A stretch of 64,000 nt of DNA from Mobula hypostoma (taxonomy: Eukaryota): contig NW_026948187.1 of the NCBI RefSeq assembly GCF_963921235.1, positions 6,820,001 to 6,884,000 of the forward strand, given 5' to 3'. The notes below the pieces were generated by a model. The model saw nothing but the letters and a program-made list of their open reading frames with translations, searched no databases and was not told the DNA's origin. Below, one piece after another: positions 37,013 through 50,913 of this stretch; within the stretch, counting starts at the first letter, position 1, and every line of letters starts with the position of its first letter. The translations under genes were made by a program, and so were the position numbers.

Positions 37013-38260
37013 CTTCGTTGGAGGGTTTACTCTCTCAGTGATGAAGCGCTGCGGGCGGCGGAGGCGAATTCATTCACTTCGACCCCGCTTGTTACGTATC
37101 CCAGTGACGTAGGTGGATTTGCGGAAGTAGCAATCAGCCACGCCCCTTCTATGAACCTGCATCATTCGAGAGATTGGCCTCCCTCCGGCGCAGAGAGAGA
37201 GACCCCACAATGATGGGCAACGGGACGAATGAGCGGGAGGTAGGTGTAGGGAGACAGCAGATAGTTGGAAGTGTCAATCTAGTTGGCCTCACTGGGAAGT
37301 TACGATCAACACGGTCCTGTAACGAGAAACCGGCTGTGATGTTCCTTGCGCGGAAGGATTTCTCTCATTTGAATGCCTAGGGAAGAACGGAAGAGCAACG
37401 CCTGCGCGATGTACTCTGACGACTAACAACTGCATGCCATCTGAGTGAAAGCCGCCCCTTAGGTGACAGTCGGCTCACCCGTTCTGACAACTGACTTCTG
37501 TTGCGCATCAAATTATTCCATTCCTGAGGACCCCGAGATGCTAAACAACTGAGCGTGGAAAGGGCAGTTCACCGAATTTCCCTGTTCCTCAACATTTCAC
37601 ATCATTCTCTGTGTGTGTCCTACCCTTGAACACCGAGGTCCCTCTGCCCCTCGACACTCCCACAGTTCACAGTGAATCCTTCCCTGGTACACCTACGGTC
37701 CGCTGCTCGTCAGCTCTGCACACCATTTATTGTCTGTGTCCTGTCCTTGTACACCGAGAGCCAACTGTTTTTCATCGTTGCACACCATTCCCGGTGCGTG
37801 TCGTGCCCTTCTAGACGAACACCCACTGTTCCTGATCATTTCACACCGTTCGCAGTGTGCTTCCTACGGTTGAACACCCAGGTCCCTCTGTTCCTCAACA
37901 CACTAAGTGTCCGAGCATTTTGTGTTTCGAACAATGGATGTGGTGGATTAAGTGCGGAGGATCTAAGAATGGGGAATTTCTTTGGAGGTAGTGTCTATAT
38001 AGTCTGATCATCCGAGGGAAGCTTTCAGCTAAAAAAAAAACATAGAACGGGTGCACAAATATCTGTGAAGAATCGTTTCCGCCATTTGAATGCCGAACAA
38101 GAGACCGACATGACAAGAGCAGGTGCGATATCGTCGTCATTTGTTTCTCTCAGTGGCAGCATCGCAGCGCCATCTGTCGGACAGGCTGGCACCCGCGCTT
38201 CGATTGACATCAAGACGGTGGGGTTTTTGTTCAGCTCCTCCGTCTGACCCAGTCGCTGTG

Positions 38261-38853
38261 ATCACTCCAGGCACAGAAGTACACGGCTGACGAGTTCGCC
38301 TCCAAGGCGACGGAGCTCAGTCTGAAGATGTAGCTGCTCGGTCTCTCTGCGGTAAAGCCGTACAGCGGCCCCTTTGGTTGCACGTTACCGGCATATGTGG
38401 AGTAGAACAAGTTCTCGAGCCCCTGTCCCGGGTTTTGTCTGTACCAGAGCATCGTATCAGCCGTGTTGCTACTCCCTTCCACAGTACAGTTCAGCGTCAC
38501 AGCCCGGCCGGTAGGACCGGAGAAAGCTGGAATCTGCTGGATCGTCACCGGGGTCACATCTGAAGAAGAGAATGGGAGTGAAAAGAGGTGAGCATGTGCA
38601 CGGCGAGAATGACGGGGGATAGAAGGGGGAGGAATGAAATTGGGGTATTTTCGGGCGGCGGTCGGTATGGAGAGGTTCCGACGAAAAAAGATCAGAGTGA
38701 GGATGGAAATGGGCGGAGAAAAGCGCAGAATGATACAGAAAAGGCACAGGACGAGAGGAAGCGAGGGTTACCATAGGGAAAATAGAGGAAAAAGTATTAG
38801 CAAATGTTTCCCTCACAGTGGAAGGAGACGATCAGTTGGAGAAACAAGAACAT
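38261..38853 (-). CDS. TRBV: V15: TRBV A2, intact
   Basis: Leader 38817-38853. Exon 38261-38559. RSS 38222-38260: CACAGCG-23-ACAAAAACC. Confidence 0.92.
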
Positions 38854-40038
38854 CTCCCCTGGAGGTTTATTCCGTCCCAAGTGAAAGTGTTGTGTCCAGG
38901 AGCAATGAATCCACTCACTTCAGTCCCGCTTGTCATGTAACTCAGTGACCTAAATGGTCATTGGTGATACTGATGGCCGCGCCCTCTGCTTCTTTTGGCC
39001 AATCAGAATCGAGGCAGGCGGAGTTATACTTTGCCGTATTATCATTGTCCCTTCTTGACTTACCATATCCGTATCCGGGCGAAGAAGGAATCGATGAACT
39101 GGCCAACGGAGATCCCCTATTCCGGTGTTATCAATTGGAAAAGTGCTCCGAGTGATGATTAGTACAGAGAGAGCATAGTGCAGGTTCGAAGCTGTTGGCC
39201 CGGGACTCTTNNNNNNNNNNNNNNNNNNNNNNNNNNNNNNNNNNNNNNNNNNNNNNNNNNNNNNNNNNNNNNNNNNNNNNNNNNNNNNNNNNNNNNNNNN
39301 NNNNNNNNNNNNNNNNNNNNNNNNNNNNNNNNNNNNNNNNNNNNNNNNNNNNNNNNNNNNNNNNNNNNNNNNNNNNNNNNNNTACGAATGCTCACACCTC
39401 TCATAACTTTCTTATCGGCGTATCCCTTTATTTATTTATCTTGATATGTATCTTTATGTATCTGAATATTTATATCTGAATTAGCAGATCTCATTTCGCA
39501 AGTTGTGATCGATGATTTACTTTATTTGTCCCATCTGCATGGAACGTCAACGACCATCACGATTCTGTCTGTATAGATAGATCGATAGACAGTGAGATAG
39601 GTAGATAGATAGTTTGATTGATTGATTGATTGATTGATAGACAGATAGTCAGTTGGATAGATAGATAGATGTACAGTTAGATAGGTAGATAGATAATCCA
39701 AAATGACTGAATATATATGTTTAATCGTAGAACTCAATTTTTGTTCTTGTTCTGCTCGCCTGTAACACATCCCAGCTCTATCAAAGCTCCGATGGATGAA
39801 GTCGAGGTTGTCAAGTGTTTCCCACGTCGTACAGTCTACCTGTGACTCAGCCTGCACTTTGGTCCTCTGTCATTATCAATGGATGAGAGATAATTAAAGA
39901 AAGCTGAAACACGCGAAGGCGTGCAGTGCAAGGAAAGGTTTATAAAAGGCACGGTCCTGTGCCTCAGAGCTAAGCAATACCGGACATGAGTAAAATGGAT
40001 CCTATGCCAGATACAAAATGAGTTGTGAAACGCAATCT

Positions 40039-40058
40039 GCTACTGCCCCCTAGTGGTG
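40039..40058 (-). promoter_or_regulatory. CTCF site about 38 bp past the V16 nonamer
   Basis: CCACTAGGGGGCAGTAG. Confidence 0.75.
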
Positions 40059-40134
40059 CGAATCAGGTTATGAAGCTCCCAGCGACAGGGCAGAAGGTTT
40101 ATGTCACAGCAGATTCGGATTGTCTCGCTCTGTG

Positions 40135-40255
40135 CGCTGATACCAGGGCAGAAGAAGACATCGCAGTGGGAGAGCGAGGCGATTTTCACTTCCAGTTTGA
40201 ACAGTGTACTGCTCGATCTCGTGGCCGTGTAGGACTCGGTCGGGTAATTCGTGAC
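40135..40255 (-). pseudogene. TRBV: V16: 3' fragment of a TRBV B2 segment with RSS
   Basis: TNYPTESYTATRSSSTLFKLEVKIASLSHCDVFFCPGIS; the 5' part is replaced by old CR1 sequence. RSS 40096-40134: CACAGAG-23-ACATAAACC. Confidence 0.85.
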
Positions 40256-41250
40256 GAACATAAGCAAGCTAAATTTAAGGGGACCCGATCCGGACCATGA
40301 CAGTGTCCTTCTGTAGCCACCGTGTTTCCTTAAAAGTGTCTGTCCTTTCTGATACCCACTAACTTGACCAGAAAGCCTTCAATTCCGTCATCCAAATCAT
40401 TGAAGGACAACTGACAAAGAAGTGTTCCCAACGCTTTCAGCACTAGCCAATCTGTAGCCAAACAGAGAAAGCTCTCTTTATTCTCACTCTTTTCCTCCTG
40501 CCAATCACTCAATGCTCTATCAACACGAGTCTCGTTCCTGTAATGCCATGGGCTGATGATAAGCATCTTCCTGTGTGACACCTTGTCAAATGCTTTCTTA
40601 AAATCCAAGTACACGGCATCCACGATTCTCCTTTGTCAATGCGGGTTATTTATTGAAAGAAGACCACCAGATTTGTCAGACAGGCTTTTCAATGCAATAC
40701 ACCATATTGACACCCACCTATGAATGTGCCTCCAAGTACCCCGAAACCACATCCTTTACCATCGATTCCAATATCTACCCAGCCACTGAGGTCAGAGTAA
40801 CTGCCCTATAATAAATGGGATTAGGTTACAAACAGCATTGAACAAATAACATATGGTAGACCAGAACAGTGCGGGATGTTCTGTTGTCAATCTTGTGCCG
40901 ACCTTATAATCTACTGAAGGATCACTCAAACTCTTTAGTAAATAGTTAATCCTTCAGTTGTCTATCACCGCAATGATATGGACCTTGAGTTTGCAAATTG
41001 GATTGTCTTAAATAGAACAGGGAACATCAGACCGGTGGTTTTGCATATTTTGCGTGTTTTACGGGTTTCTGTTTTGTTTAAAACCCCGAGGTCGGCAGAC
41101 CACCCCAAATCCTGTTACCTTCAGCGATCGGTGAACACGTGGATCAATATCCCGCTGTTCCTCGAAAGTGCGCCGTGTTCTGCCCTTCACGGTGTGTGCC
41201 GTACCCTTTCTATCCTATCTCTCCCCGTCTCTTCACAATCCCCATTATCC

Positions 41251-43518
41251 ATAGTTAATATGGAGTGACATAGTTAATTCAGAAACAAAGGTTCTGAACT
41301 TAAAGAGGGGTAACTTTGAAGGTATGAGACGTGAATTAGCTAAGATAGACGGGCAAATGACACTTAAAGGATTGACGGTGGATATGCAATGGCAAGTATT
41401 TAAAGGTTGCATGGATGAACTACAACAATTGTTCATCCCAGTTTGGCAAAGGAATAAATCAAGGAAGATAGTGCACCCGTGGCTGACAAGGGAATTAGGG
41501 ATAGTATCAATTCCAAAGAAGAAGCATACAAATTAGCCAGAGAAAGTGGCTCACCTGAGGACTGGGAGAAATTCAGAGTTCAGCAGAGGAGGACAAAGGG
41601 CTTAATTAGGAAGGGGAAAAAAAGATTATGAGAGAAAACTGGCAGGGAACATAAAAACTGACTGTAAAAGCTTTTATAGATATGTAAAAAGGAAAAGACT
41701 GGTAAAGACAAATGTAGGTCCCCTGCAGACAGAAACAGGTGAATTGATTATGGGGAGCAAGGACATGGCAGACCAATTGAATAATTACTTTGGTTCTGTC
41801 TTCACTAAGGAGGACATAAATAATCTTCCAGAAATAGTAAGGGACAGAGGGTCCAGTGGGATGGAGGAACTGAGCGAAATACATGTTAGTAGGGAAGTGG
41901 TGTTAGGTAAATTGAAGGGATTGAAGGCAGATAAATCCCCAGGGCCAGATGGTCTGCATCCCAGAGTGCTTAAGGAAGTAGCCCAAGAAATAGTGGAGGC
42001 ATTAGTGATAATTTTTCAAAACTCGTTAGATTCTGGACTAGTTCCTGAGGATTGGAGGGTGGCTAATGTAACCCCACTTTTTAAAAAAGGAGGGAGAGAG
42101 AAACCGGGGAATTATAGACCGGTTAGCCTAACGTCGGTGGTGGGGAAACTGCTGGAGTCAGTTTTCAAGGATGTGATAACAGCACATTTGGAAAGCGGTG
42201 AAATGATCGGACAAAGTCAGCATGGATTTGTGAAAGGAAAATCATGTCTGACGAATCTCATAGAATTTTTTGAGGATGTAACTAGTAGAGTGGATAGGGG
42301 AGAACCAGTGGATGTGGTATATTTGGATTTTCAAAAGGCTTTTGACAAAGTCCCACACAGGAGATTAGTGTGCAAACTTAAAGCACACGGTATTGGGGGT
42401 AAGGTATTGGTGTGGGTGGAGAATTGGTTAGCAGACAGGAAGCAAAGAGTGGGAATAAACGGGACCTTTTCAGAATGGCAGGCGGTGACTAGTGGGGTAC
42501 CGCAAGGCTCAGTGCTGGGACCCCAGTTGTTTACAATATATATTAATGACTTGGATGAGGGAATTAAATGCAGCATCTCCTAGTTTGCGGATGACACGAA
42601 GCTGGGTGGCAGTGTTAGCAGTGAGGAGGATGCTAAGAGGTTGCAGGGTGACTTGGATAGGTTGGGTGAGTGGGCAAATTCATGGCAGATGCAATTTAAT
42701 GTCGATAAATGTGAAGTTATCCACTTTGGTGGCAAAAATAGGAAAACAGATTATTATCTGAATGGTGGCCGATTAGGAAAAGGGGAGGTGCAACAAGACC
42801 TGGGTGTCATTATACACCAGTCATTGAAAGTGGGCATGCAGGTACAGCAGGCGGTGAAAAAGGCGAATGGTATGCTGGCATTTATAGCGAGAGGATTCGA
42901 GTACAGGAGCAGGGAGGTACTTCTGCAGTTGTACAAGGCCTTGGTGAGACCACACCTGGAGTATTGTGTGCAGTTTTGGTCCCCTAATCTGAGGAAAGAC
43001 ATCTTTGCCATAGAGGGAGTACAAAGAAGGTTCACCAGATTGATTCCTGGGATGGCGGGACTTTCATATGAAGAAAGACTGGATGAACTGGGCTTGTACT
43101 CGTTGGAATTTAGAAGATTGAGGGGGGATCTGATTGAAACGTATAAGATCCTAAAGGGATTGGACAGGCTAGATGCAGGAAGATTGTTCCCGATGTTGGG
43201 GAAGTCCAGAACGAGGGGTCACAGTTTGAGGATAGAGGGGAAGCCGTTTAGGACCGAGATGAGGAAAAACTTCTTGACACAGAGAGTGGTGAATCTGTAG
43301 AATTCTCTGCCACAGGAAACTGTTGAGGCCAGTTCATTGGCTATATTTAAGAGGGAGTTAGATATGGCCCTTGTGACTACGGGGGTCAGGGGGTATGGAG
43401 GGAAGGCTGGGGCGGGGTTCTGAGTTGGATGATCAGCCATGATCATAATAAATGGCGGTGCAGGCTCGAAGGGCCGAATGGCCTACTCCTGCACCTATTT
43501 TCTATGTTTCTATGTTTC
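41251..43518 (+). mobile_element. CR1 LINE, about 2.3 kb of ORF2, inactivated by nonsense codons
   Basis: [26 protein letters not shown] and GSVLGP motifs; stops at 42581 and 43298; (TTTCTATG)n tail; TATCC at both ends. Confidence 0.93.
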
Positions 43519-43865
43519 TATCCGTCTCTCTCTCATCTTCGTAAACCGCGAAACCTCTATCTCTCGACACTCCCACCATTCACAGTGTGTGAGTGTCCTA
43601 CCCTTGTACACCGAGGTCCATCTTGTCCCTCGACACTCCCCACCATGAACAGTGTGTGTCTTCTTCCAGGTGAATGTTTAATCAGGGGAAGAAATAGCTC
43701 CGCCCCTTCTTTTACTGATTGGTCGTTACCACGCCGCGCCTGACTGATAGACCCTCCTCCCACCCGGTGAGTTACAGACGTCGCATTTCCTGTTCAACTG
43801 CCAACAGCGACGCTGCTGACGGTGAGAGTTTTTGTGCAGCTCCCCAGTCACTCTGAGCCGCCGTA

Positions 43866-44498
43866 ATCACTCCAGCCGCAGAAATACACGGCCGACGAAT
43901 TAGCTTCCAGTTTGTCGGATTTCAGGAAGAATTCTTTGATCTGAGGTCTCTCTGCCGTGAAACCGACGACCAATTTATTTGGGTAAACGGAATTAGCCAT
44001 TGTTGAGTAAAACACGTTCTCCAGACCCTTTGCCGGGTATTGTCGGTACCAGTACAACCCGTCAGTAGCACTGGCAATACCGTCAACTGTGCAATGCAGG
44101 GTCACGTTCTGGCCGGGAGATCCTGAGAAAGCCGGCGTCTGCTGGATCGTCACTGGGGTCGCGTCTGCAGAAGAGAATGGCAGGGCAGCAGAAGGAGGTG
44201 AATTTTCTGGAAAGATGTAGAGTTGCCGATGGCGAAAACGAGCGTGTACCGAAGAAAAGTACTATTGGGAGGTTTGAAGTTGGAGCTTGTTGCGAGGCGA
44301 TCGGAATTGAGAACAGGCGGAAGAGAGAAGACCGGGAGGGTGTAGAAATTCGCAGAGGCAAGCACACAATGACCGGGAACGTTAATGGTGGAGAGGAAAT
44401 TAAGGGTTATGAGAAAGGAAGGGAGGGAGACAAACAGAACGAGTTTGCAAATTTCCCTCACGGTGGAAATAGACGATCAGCTGCAGAAACAGGAATAT
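43866..44498 (-). pseudogene. TRBV: V17: TRBV with open V exon but defective start codon and heptamer
   Basis: Exon 43866-44164 is open (YFCGWS). Leader 44462-44498 starts ATA; the ATG at 44505 is out of frame. Heptamer TACGGCG 43859-43865. Confidence 0.85.
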
Positions 44499-44589
44499 AT
44501 ATCATGGGTATTTACTCTCCCACTATTGAAATTGGTGCTTCGTGGAACAGAGAATCCACTCACTTGCGGGTGAGACAGAACGGGTAAAG

Positions 44590-44874
44590 AAAACGGAGAC
44601 GCGGGTCAGCTGGGAAGGGGGAAAAGAAGGGTGCCTCGAAGGAAGCAGAGAGGTGACCGAAGTCGGGAATTTTTTTACAGGAGATCAGAATTTAGAGGCG
44701 GCGACACAAGGAAGAAAGTGCGCGGACGCGAGGGCTGGTAACTCAACAATAATGAGTCCAAGACGACAACTGAAGGGAATGTGACAGTAGGACAGAAGTG
44801 AAGAAAATATGTATATTTGGGAACGTTCACTTACAGCGGAAGCCGAGGATGAATTACAGAAACAGAAAAATCAT
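44590..44874 (-). pseudogene. Orphan A1 intron and leader (V exon deleted)
   Basis: A1-type intron, GTAAGT donor 44829-44834 and leader ATGATTTTTCTGTTTCTGTAA (stop). A1 promoter remnants lie upstream and a CTCF site is at 45463. Confidence 0.75.
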
Positions 44875-45462
44875 CCTTGGAGGGTTTACTCTCTAAGTGA
44901 TGAACGTTGTGCGTGAAGCAGAGACGAATCCGCTCACTTCAATCCAGATCGTTGCATATCTCAGTGATGTAGGTGGATTGACGGAAATAACTATTGGCCC
45001 CGCCCCTTCCACTCTCCAACCCGATTCGACGGGTGTGCTGGTCTCGCTCTACCATGTTGACCAATCAGCACACTCTCTCATTAGCTGATCCCGCCCTCCC
45101 TCTCTCGTTCGTCACCACACCCCACCCCACGTTATCTTAGTGTGAGCGATTTATTTAAGCTTCCAAAATCATTGCAGTTTCCGAGATCTACATGACGGGT
45201 GCAAGAAGAGGGACCACATGTGACCTCCCTTTCGCTGAAACCAACATTCTCTTGTGATGATGGCCACTCGATTAAGCTTATAATTTGCCCTGAGCAGCAT
45301 TCGGCATGAAATCTCTCTCTTTCTCTCTGTGCCTCAGCCTCTACCTCTGACTCTTAACACTAGATTCAACTTAGTCGAAGAAAGAAAAAATCACCTCGAA
45401 ACAAATAATGTGTCCCTTTTCAAACCCTTCGAAATATCCAGCCTAAATTTAACCACAGTTCT

Positions 45463-45484
45463 TGCCGGCCTCTAGTGGTGGCAG
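45463..45484 (-). promoter_or_regulatory. CTCF site upstream of the orphan leader
   Basis: CCACCACTAGAGGCCGGCA. Confidence 0.55.
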
Positions 45485-47418
45485 CCTGTGCCTTCACTGC
45501 TCACTCGATTGCGTAGTGGTAGACAGAGCAGAACTATAAGGAAAAAGATATTCTTCTCCAGTATCTAACCTCAAGGATGTGTGTCCATGCGCATCCTCGT
45601 GCTTTTAGGTTCCAGGCTGAAATCATTTGTCTTACTACCTTCTTTTCTGTATTACTCTGCTTTACAGATATACTGAACATGAATCAAATTTAACTCTTTC
45701 CTGGGTTCAGTGAGTTGAATCCCTCCGCAAACACAGGCATGAAGTGCGAAGGTGCGATCTGGCGTGTACCTTCGTCAACTGAGCTGTCACGCCGATTATA
45801 CGGCAACCAGTCGCTGATTGACAGCAGACATTTCCTGCCTTTAACGGCGGAATCCTTCTCGTTCAGCTACTTTGTCACCTCTCCAATTTCAGCTTATCCT
45901 TTTTTTCAGGGGACAAAAAGGTCTTACAATACTCCAAGCGATGCCTCGCCGGTATTTTATAAGTGCACAACATTGCATCGTTGTTTTCACATTCTAGTTG
46001 TTTGGAAATGAATGTTAGCATCTCGTTTCCCTTCCTCAACTCTGGCTTAACCGGCACATTCACCTTTAAGGATCCTTTCTGGGGAGTCCCAAGTCTCTTT
46101 CGATCTCAGGTTTTTGAATTTGCTCTCCATCTAGAAAATCGTCAAGGCATTTATTTATTCTACCGAACAATTCCTGAGACTGCTATTTATTCCCTTTTCT
46201 ACTAATATCTCTATGTCAGCCTGCGGCCACTGTGATTCCTTAAAAGTACCTGTTCCTCCACCTATCTTCGTTCGGTCTGCAAACCTGGCCGTAAAGCCAT
46301 TAATTCCGTCATCCCAATCATTGACATTCAACGCGCCAACCTTATCACTTGCTCAAATATCAATGTAACTATTTCGTAAAGACTTAGTCCTTCATTTTTC
46401 TTTCACGGGAATGGTTTGGGTCAAGTGTTTTTGGATATTGGATTGTCTGACGTAGAACATGGAGCATTAGACCCTGACTCATACGAGCAGAATGTGGCAT
46501 TCTGCGTGCGTCGCGTTTGCATGTTTTGTGGCTTCCGTTTAAAATCCCCAGATCCGCCGACGCCCCCAAGTCCTGTGAAGGACGTCACTTTCAGTGATTG
46601 GTGAACATGTACATCAATATCGCTTTGTTCCTCCAAACTACGCGGTGTTCCACCCTTCACGGTGTGTGCCCCACCCTTGTTATCCTATGGCTCCCCGTCT
46701 CTTAACAATCCCCATTATCCGGGCCTCTCCTATCTCTGTACATCAAAAACCCTGTGTCCCTCCACAGTCGCCACCAGACACAGTGTAAGCCCTACCTCGT
46801 ACACCGAGGTCCCTCTGTCCCTCGACACATCCCCACCGTTCATGGTTTGTGTGTCCTACCTCGTACACCGAGGTTCCTCTGCCCCTCGACACTCCCCACC
46901 ATTCATGATGTGTGCCCTCCTCAGTACACTGAGGTCCCTCCGTTTATCAACATTACCCACCATTTAAGGTGTGGTTGTCAAACACTTATGCCGCGTGCTT
47001 CCCCTGTTCTTGAACCGTCCGGTATTCCTCGTATTCTGCGTTTCCACCAAGAGACAAAGATAATTACGAGCGGGAAATTGATCTTCGGGACGGAATGTTA
47101 TTGGCGCACTCAAACGTACCGATGCTCCCAGACCGAAGATATGTTGGGAGGCCGCATATAACAAGGAAGAATGGAATGGAAAGGCGAGTGTGCGAATTGT
47201 CTTCACACAACTGAGTGCTTCAGAAGAGGAGGAAATTAAAAACTACGGTACAAGAGCAGTGCTTCTTGCTTCACTGATTGGACGCTGCAGCGCACACGAC
47301 GTAGACCCGTCTCCAACCATGTGATTGACAGGAGTCGTGTTTCCTGTTTTGATGACAACAGCGGTCTTCTGACGGTGAGAGTTTTTGTACAGCGGTTCCG
47401 TCACTCTGAGCCGCCGTG

Positions 47419-48298
47419 CTCACTCCAGGCGCAGAAATACACGGCCGACGAATTCGCCTCCAGCTTGTCGGATTTCAGGGAGAAAATGTTGGTCTGCGGT
47501 CTCTCCGCAGTAAAGCCATCGAACAGTCCGTCTGGCTGGACGGAATTAGCTACCATCGAGCGAAACATGTTCTCCGGTACCTTTCCCGGGTACTGTCGGT
47601 ACCAGTACAACCAGTCAGTATCACTGATAATACCGTCCACTGTGCAACGCAGGGTTACCTTCTGTCCGGGAGTACCGGAGACAGCCGGAGTCTGGTGGAT
47701 CGTCACCGAGATGGCGTCTGGAAAAAGAGACGGGGGTGTCAAAATGCGGCGAATGAACAGGGACACCCGCGTCAACACGGAGGAGGAAAAAGAGGGAGAA
47801 TTGAGGGAAAAGGGAAGAACTGAAGTCGGTGGAGCTCGTTAGGTGGACGGAATTCAGAGGCGGCGACTGAGGGAAGATCGTGTGAGGATGCGACGATTCG
47901 TAACTAAATATAGAAAGGTTCCGAGACTACTGGAGGGTAGAGCAAGTAAGGGGAATCTGAAAGTAAGACAGTAGCAAAGAAATTAAAATAATTATTTCTG
48001 TTCAAATTCACTCACAGTGGAATGGGGATAAACAGGGGGTGCATCGAAGGATACAAAAAAGATGACTGAAGAGGGGGATATTTGGAGAGGAGTTCGGATG
48101 TTAATTACGGCGGCAGAGGGCAGATAGTCTGCGGACGCGATGGCCCGTAAATAATAAGGAATGAGTCCGAGACGACGGGAGGGCAATGCAAAGGAAAGAA
48201 CGTGAAAGGAAGACAGAAGCAGAGAATGAATAAAGAATAATATTTGGGAACTTTCACTCACAGCGGAAGGCGAGGATGAATTGCAGAAACAGAAACAT
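47419..48298 (-). CDS. TRBV: V18: TRBV A1 hybrid gene (V exon plus leader and promoter of a deleted neighbour)
   Basis: Exon 47419-47717 is open. Only 7 nt of its own leader survive (48016-48022). An intact leader at 48262-48298 is in splice phase. RSS 47380-47418: CACGGCG-23-ACAAAAACT. Confidence 0.8.
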
Positions 48299-48896
48299 CT
48301 TCCTTGGAGGGTTTACTCTCTCAGTGATGAAAGTGGTCCGGGCGGCAGAGACGAATTCACTCACTTCCATCCGGTTTGTTACGTATCCCAGTGACGTAGG
48401 CGGATCTGAGGACGTAGCCATTGGCCACGCCCCTTCCATAATCCAACCCGATTCATGGGCCTGCTGCTTCCGGTCTACCAGTATGGCCACACAGCACACT
48501 CTCTCCGTCGCTGTCTCCGTCCGTCCCTATCCCTTCTTTCCTCTCCCCCTTTAGCACACCGTGTGCAATTTGTTAATGCTCCCGAGACTTTGTTATTTCG
48601 GAAATCTACAAAAAACCGATGAAAGAAGGGAACCAGAATGAACCTCCGTTTCGTTGAAATCGCTGGTCTGTCGTGATGCGGACCTTGCGCTGTACCGTCT
48701 GAACTACTGTGTCCTGTAAGGATCAACCCTCGGCAGAAAATTTCTCTCTTTCTCAGACTCCGTCTCTTTCCGGCTCTCTTTTTCTGACCATGCCATTATT
48801 TCTATCTCTGGGTCTTAGCGCTTGTCGTGACCCATCCAATTTGTTCCCTTTCATACCTTTCCAGAAATGCAAGATAACTTTTACCCCAGCGCTTTA

Positions 48897-48915
48897 ACGC
48901 CCCCTAGTGGTAGCA
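48897..48915 (-). promoter_or_regulatory. CTCF site upstream of the V18 borrowed leader
   Basis: CCACTAGGGGGCGT. Confidence 0.72.
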
Positions 48916-50913
48916 TCCTGTGCCTTCACATGCCGCCCACCCGCCTATCTTGCTAAATTGCAGAGAGGGAGAGAGAGCAGATCTGTAAGGAAGACGATAT
49001 TTTTCTTCACTATCAATCCGCAAGAATATGTGTCGTTGCCTTTCTTCATGCTCTTACCAGGTCCGAGGTTGCAGATATACCCAGCATGAATAAAATGTAA
49101 CTCTTTCCCCAGAGGGGTCGGAAACGAAGCTTTGGCCGAGGGCAGGTTCAGTGAGTTGACTCCCTAAGCAGCAAAAGTCATGAAGTATAAAAGTGTGATC
49201 TGTCACGCCGAAATGTCCTGCACCTCCTTTGAACCCTCTTTAATTTCAACTCATCCGTTCTTCGATAAGGGGCCCAAAACAGCTCACAATACTTAACCTG
49301 AGGTCTCATCGGTCCTTTGTAAAGTCTCAACATTACATCTTATATATTCGAGTTTTCTCGAATGCTAACATAGCATTTGCTTTACTCACCACCGACTGAA
49401 CCGGCCATTGAACTTTTAGGAAATTTTTCCCAAGTCCATTTGGATCTCATATTTTTGCATTTTCTCTCCAAATACTAAATTGCTAAAGCTTTTATTTCTT
49501 CTGCTTAAGTGCATGATAATGTAATACACTTCCCCAAACTCTAATTTCTTTGCCCTTTCTCGGAATATGTCACAGTCCTTCTGCTGTCTCTGTACTTCCT
49601 GTCCCATCATTTATCTTCGTACTGTCCGCAAAGTTGCCCACAAACCATCAATTCCGTCACACCACGTATAAAGATACGGTCCCAACACAGACTCCTGTGG
49701 ACCAGCATGAGACCGCCCCCCCCCCAGTCGATGAGAAAAGACTGTCTTCATTCTCACTCATTGTCTCCCGCCAATCACTCAGCGCTCTGTCCACTCTATT
49801 ATCGTGCCTGTAATACTATGGGCTCATGTTAAACATCTTCATGTGTGGCACTCCGACAAAAGGCCATCCGAAAATCCAAGTACGCTATATTCACGATTGT
49901 CCTTTGTCTATCCTGCCTGTTATTTCTTTGAAGAAGACCAATATATTTGTCAGGCTAGATTTTCACTGAATCAAAATCATGCTGACTGCAACCTATTTAT
50001 TCACGTGCCCCCAAGTACCCTGAAACCACATCCTTAGACAGTGACTCTAACATCTTCCCAACCACTGTGGTCGGAATATGCAGCCTATCATAAATGGGGT
50101 TAGGTTACAAACAGCATAGAATGTACGACATGTGGCAGACCAGTACAGTACCGGTTATTCTGTCTGCAATCTTGTGCGACCTTACAACCTACTGAAAGAT
50201 CAATCTAACTATTGTGTACAATCGTAGACTTTCATTTTCCTTTCATCCGAATGATATGGACCGTATTCTTGGCGTTTGGATTATCTTGGATAGGACGTGG
50301 AACATAAGCCCATAACACGCAATAGCAGCTTCAGGCCATGCTCGCGTCTGTCGCATTTGCGTGTTTTGCGCGTGTAGCGGGCTCACTGCATCTGAAGAAT
50401 CCTCTGTGTATAAAATGTATCGACTGATATTCACTGAGTTGTCCTCCCGGTGGTTACTTCCCCATTAACTCTTCTCAGATTTTCCCATTCCCCATTCAGG
50501 TTACCTTTCTCTTTGCCATTTCGGTTAGATTTGTCTGCTGATCTCCTGCAGTAGTTTGTCCCGAATGTCCCTTGTGCTTTGACGAGGTGACTGAACAAGA
50601 TACGGAGCGGGAGAATTGATCCTGGGGACTGCACATAATGAGCGCTGTTCGGACACACCCAGAAGTCACGATCCATCCCGTACAGAAGATCTGTTGGAAG
50701 ACTGTGCATAATAAAGAAGAATGAGGCGAGAAGAGCAGCGCGCGGATTATCTTCACCCATCTCAATGCTTATGGGGAGAACCTGAAAAGCCCTTTCTTTC
50801 ACTGATTGGTCGCTCGGCGCACTAACTGACGGATGGAACTCTCCTCCCACACTGTGACTGACATCAGTCTCTTTCCACGTTTTGTTGACGGCGGCGACCC
50901 TTCTGACAGTGAG

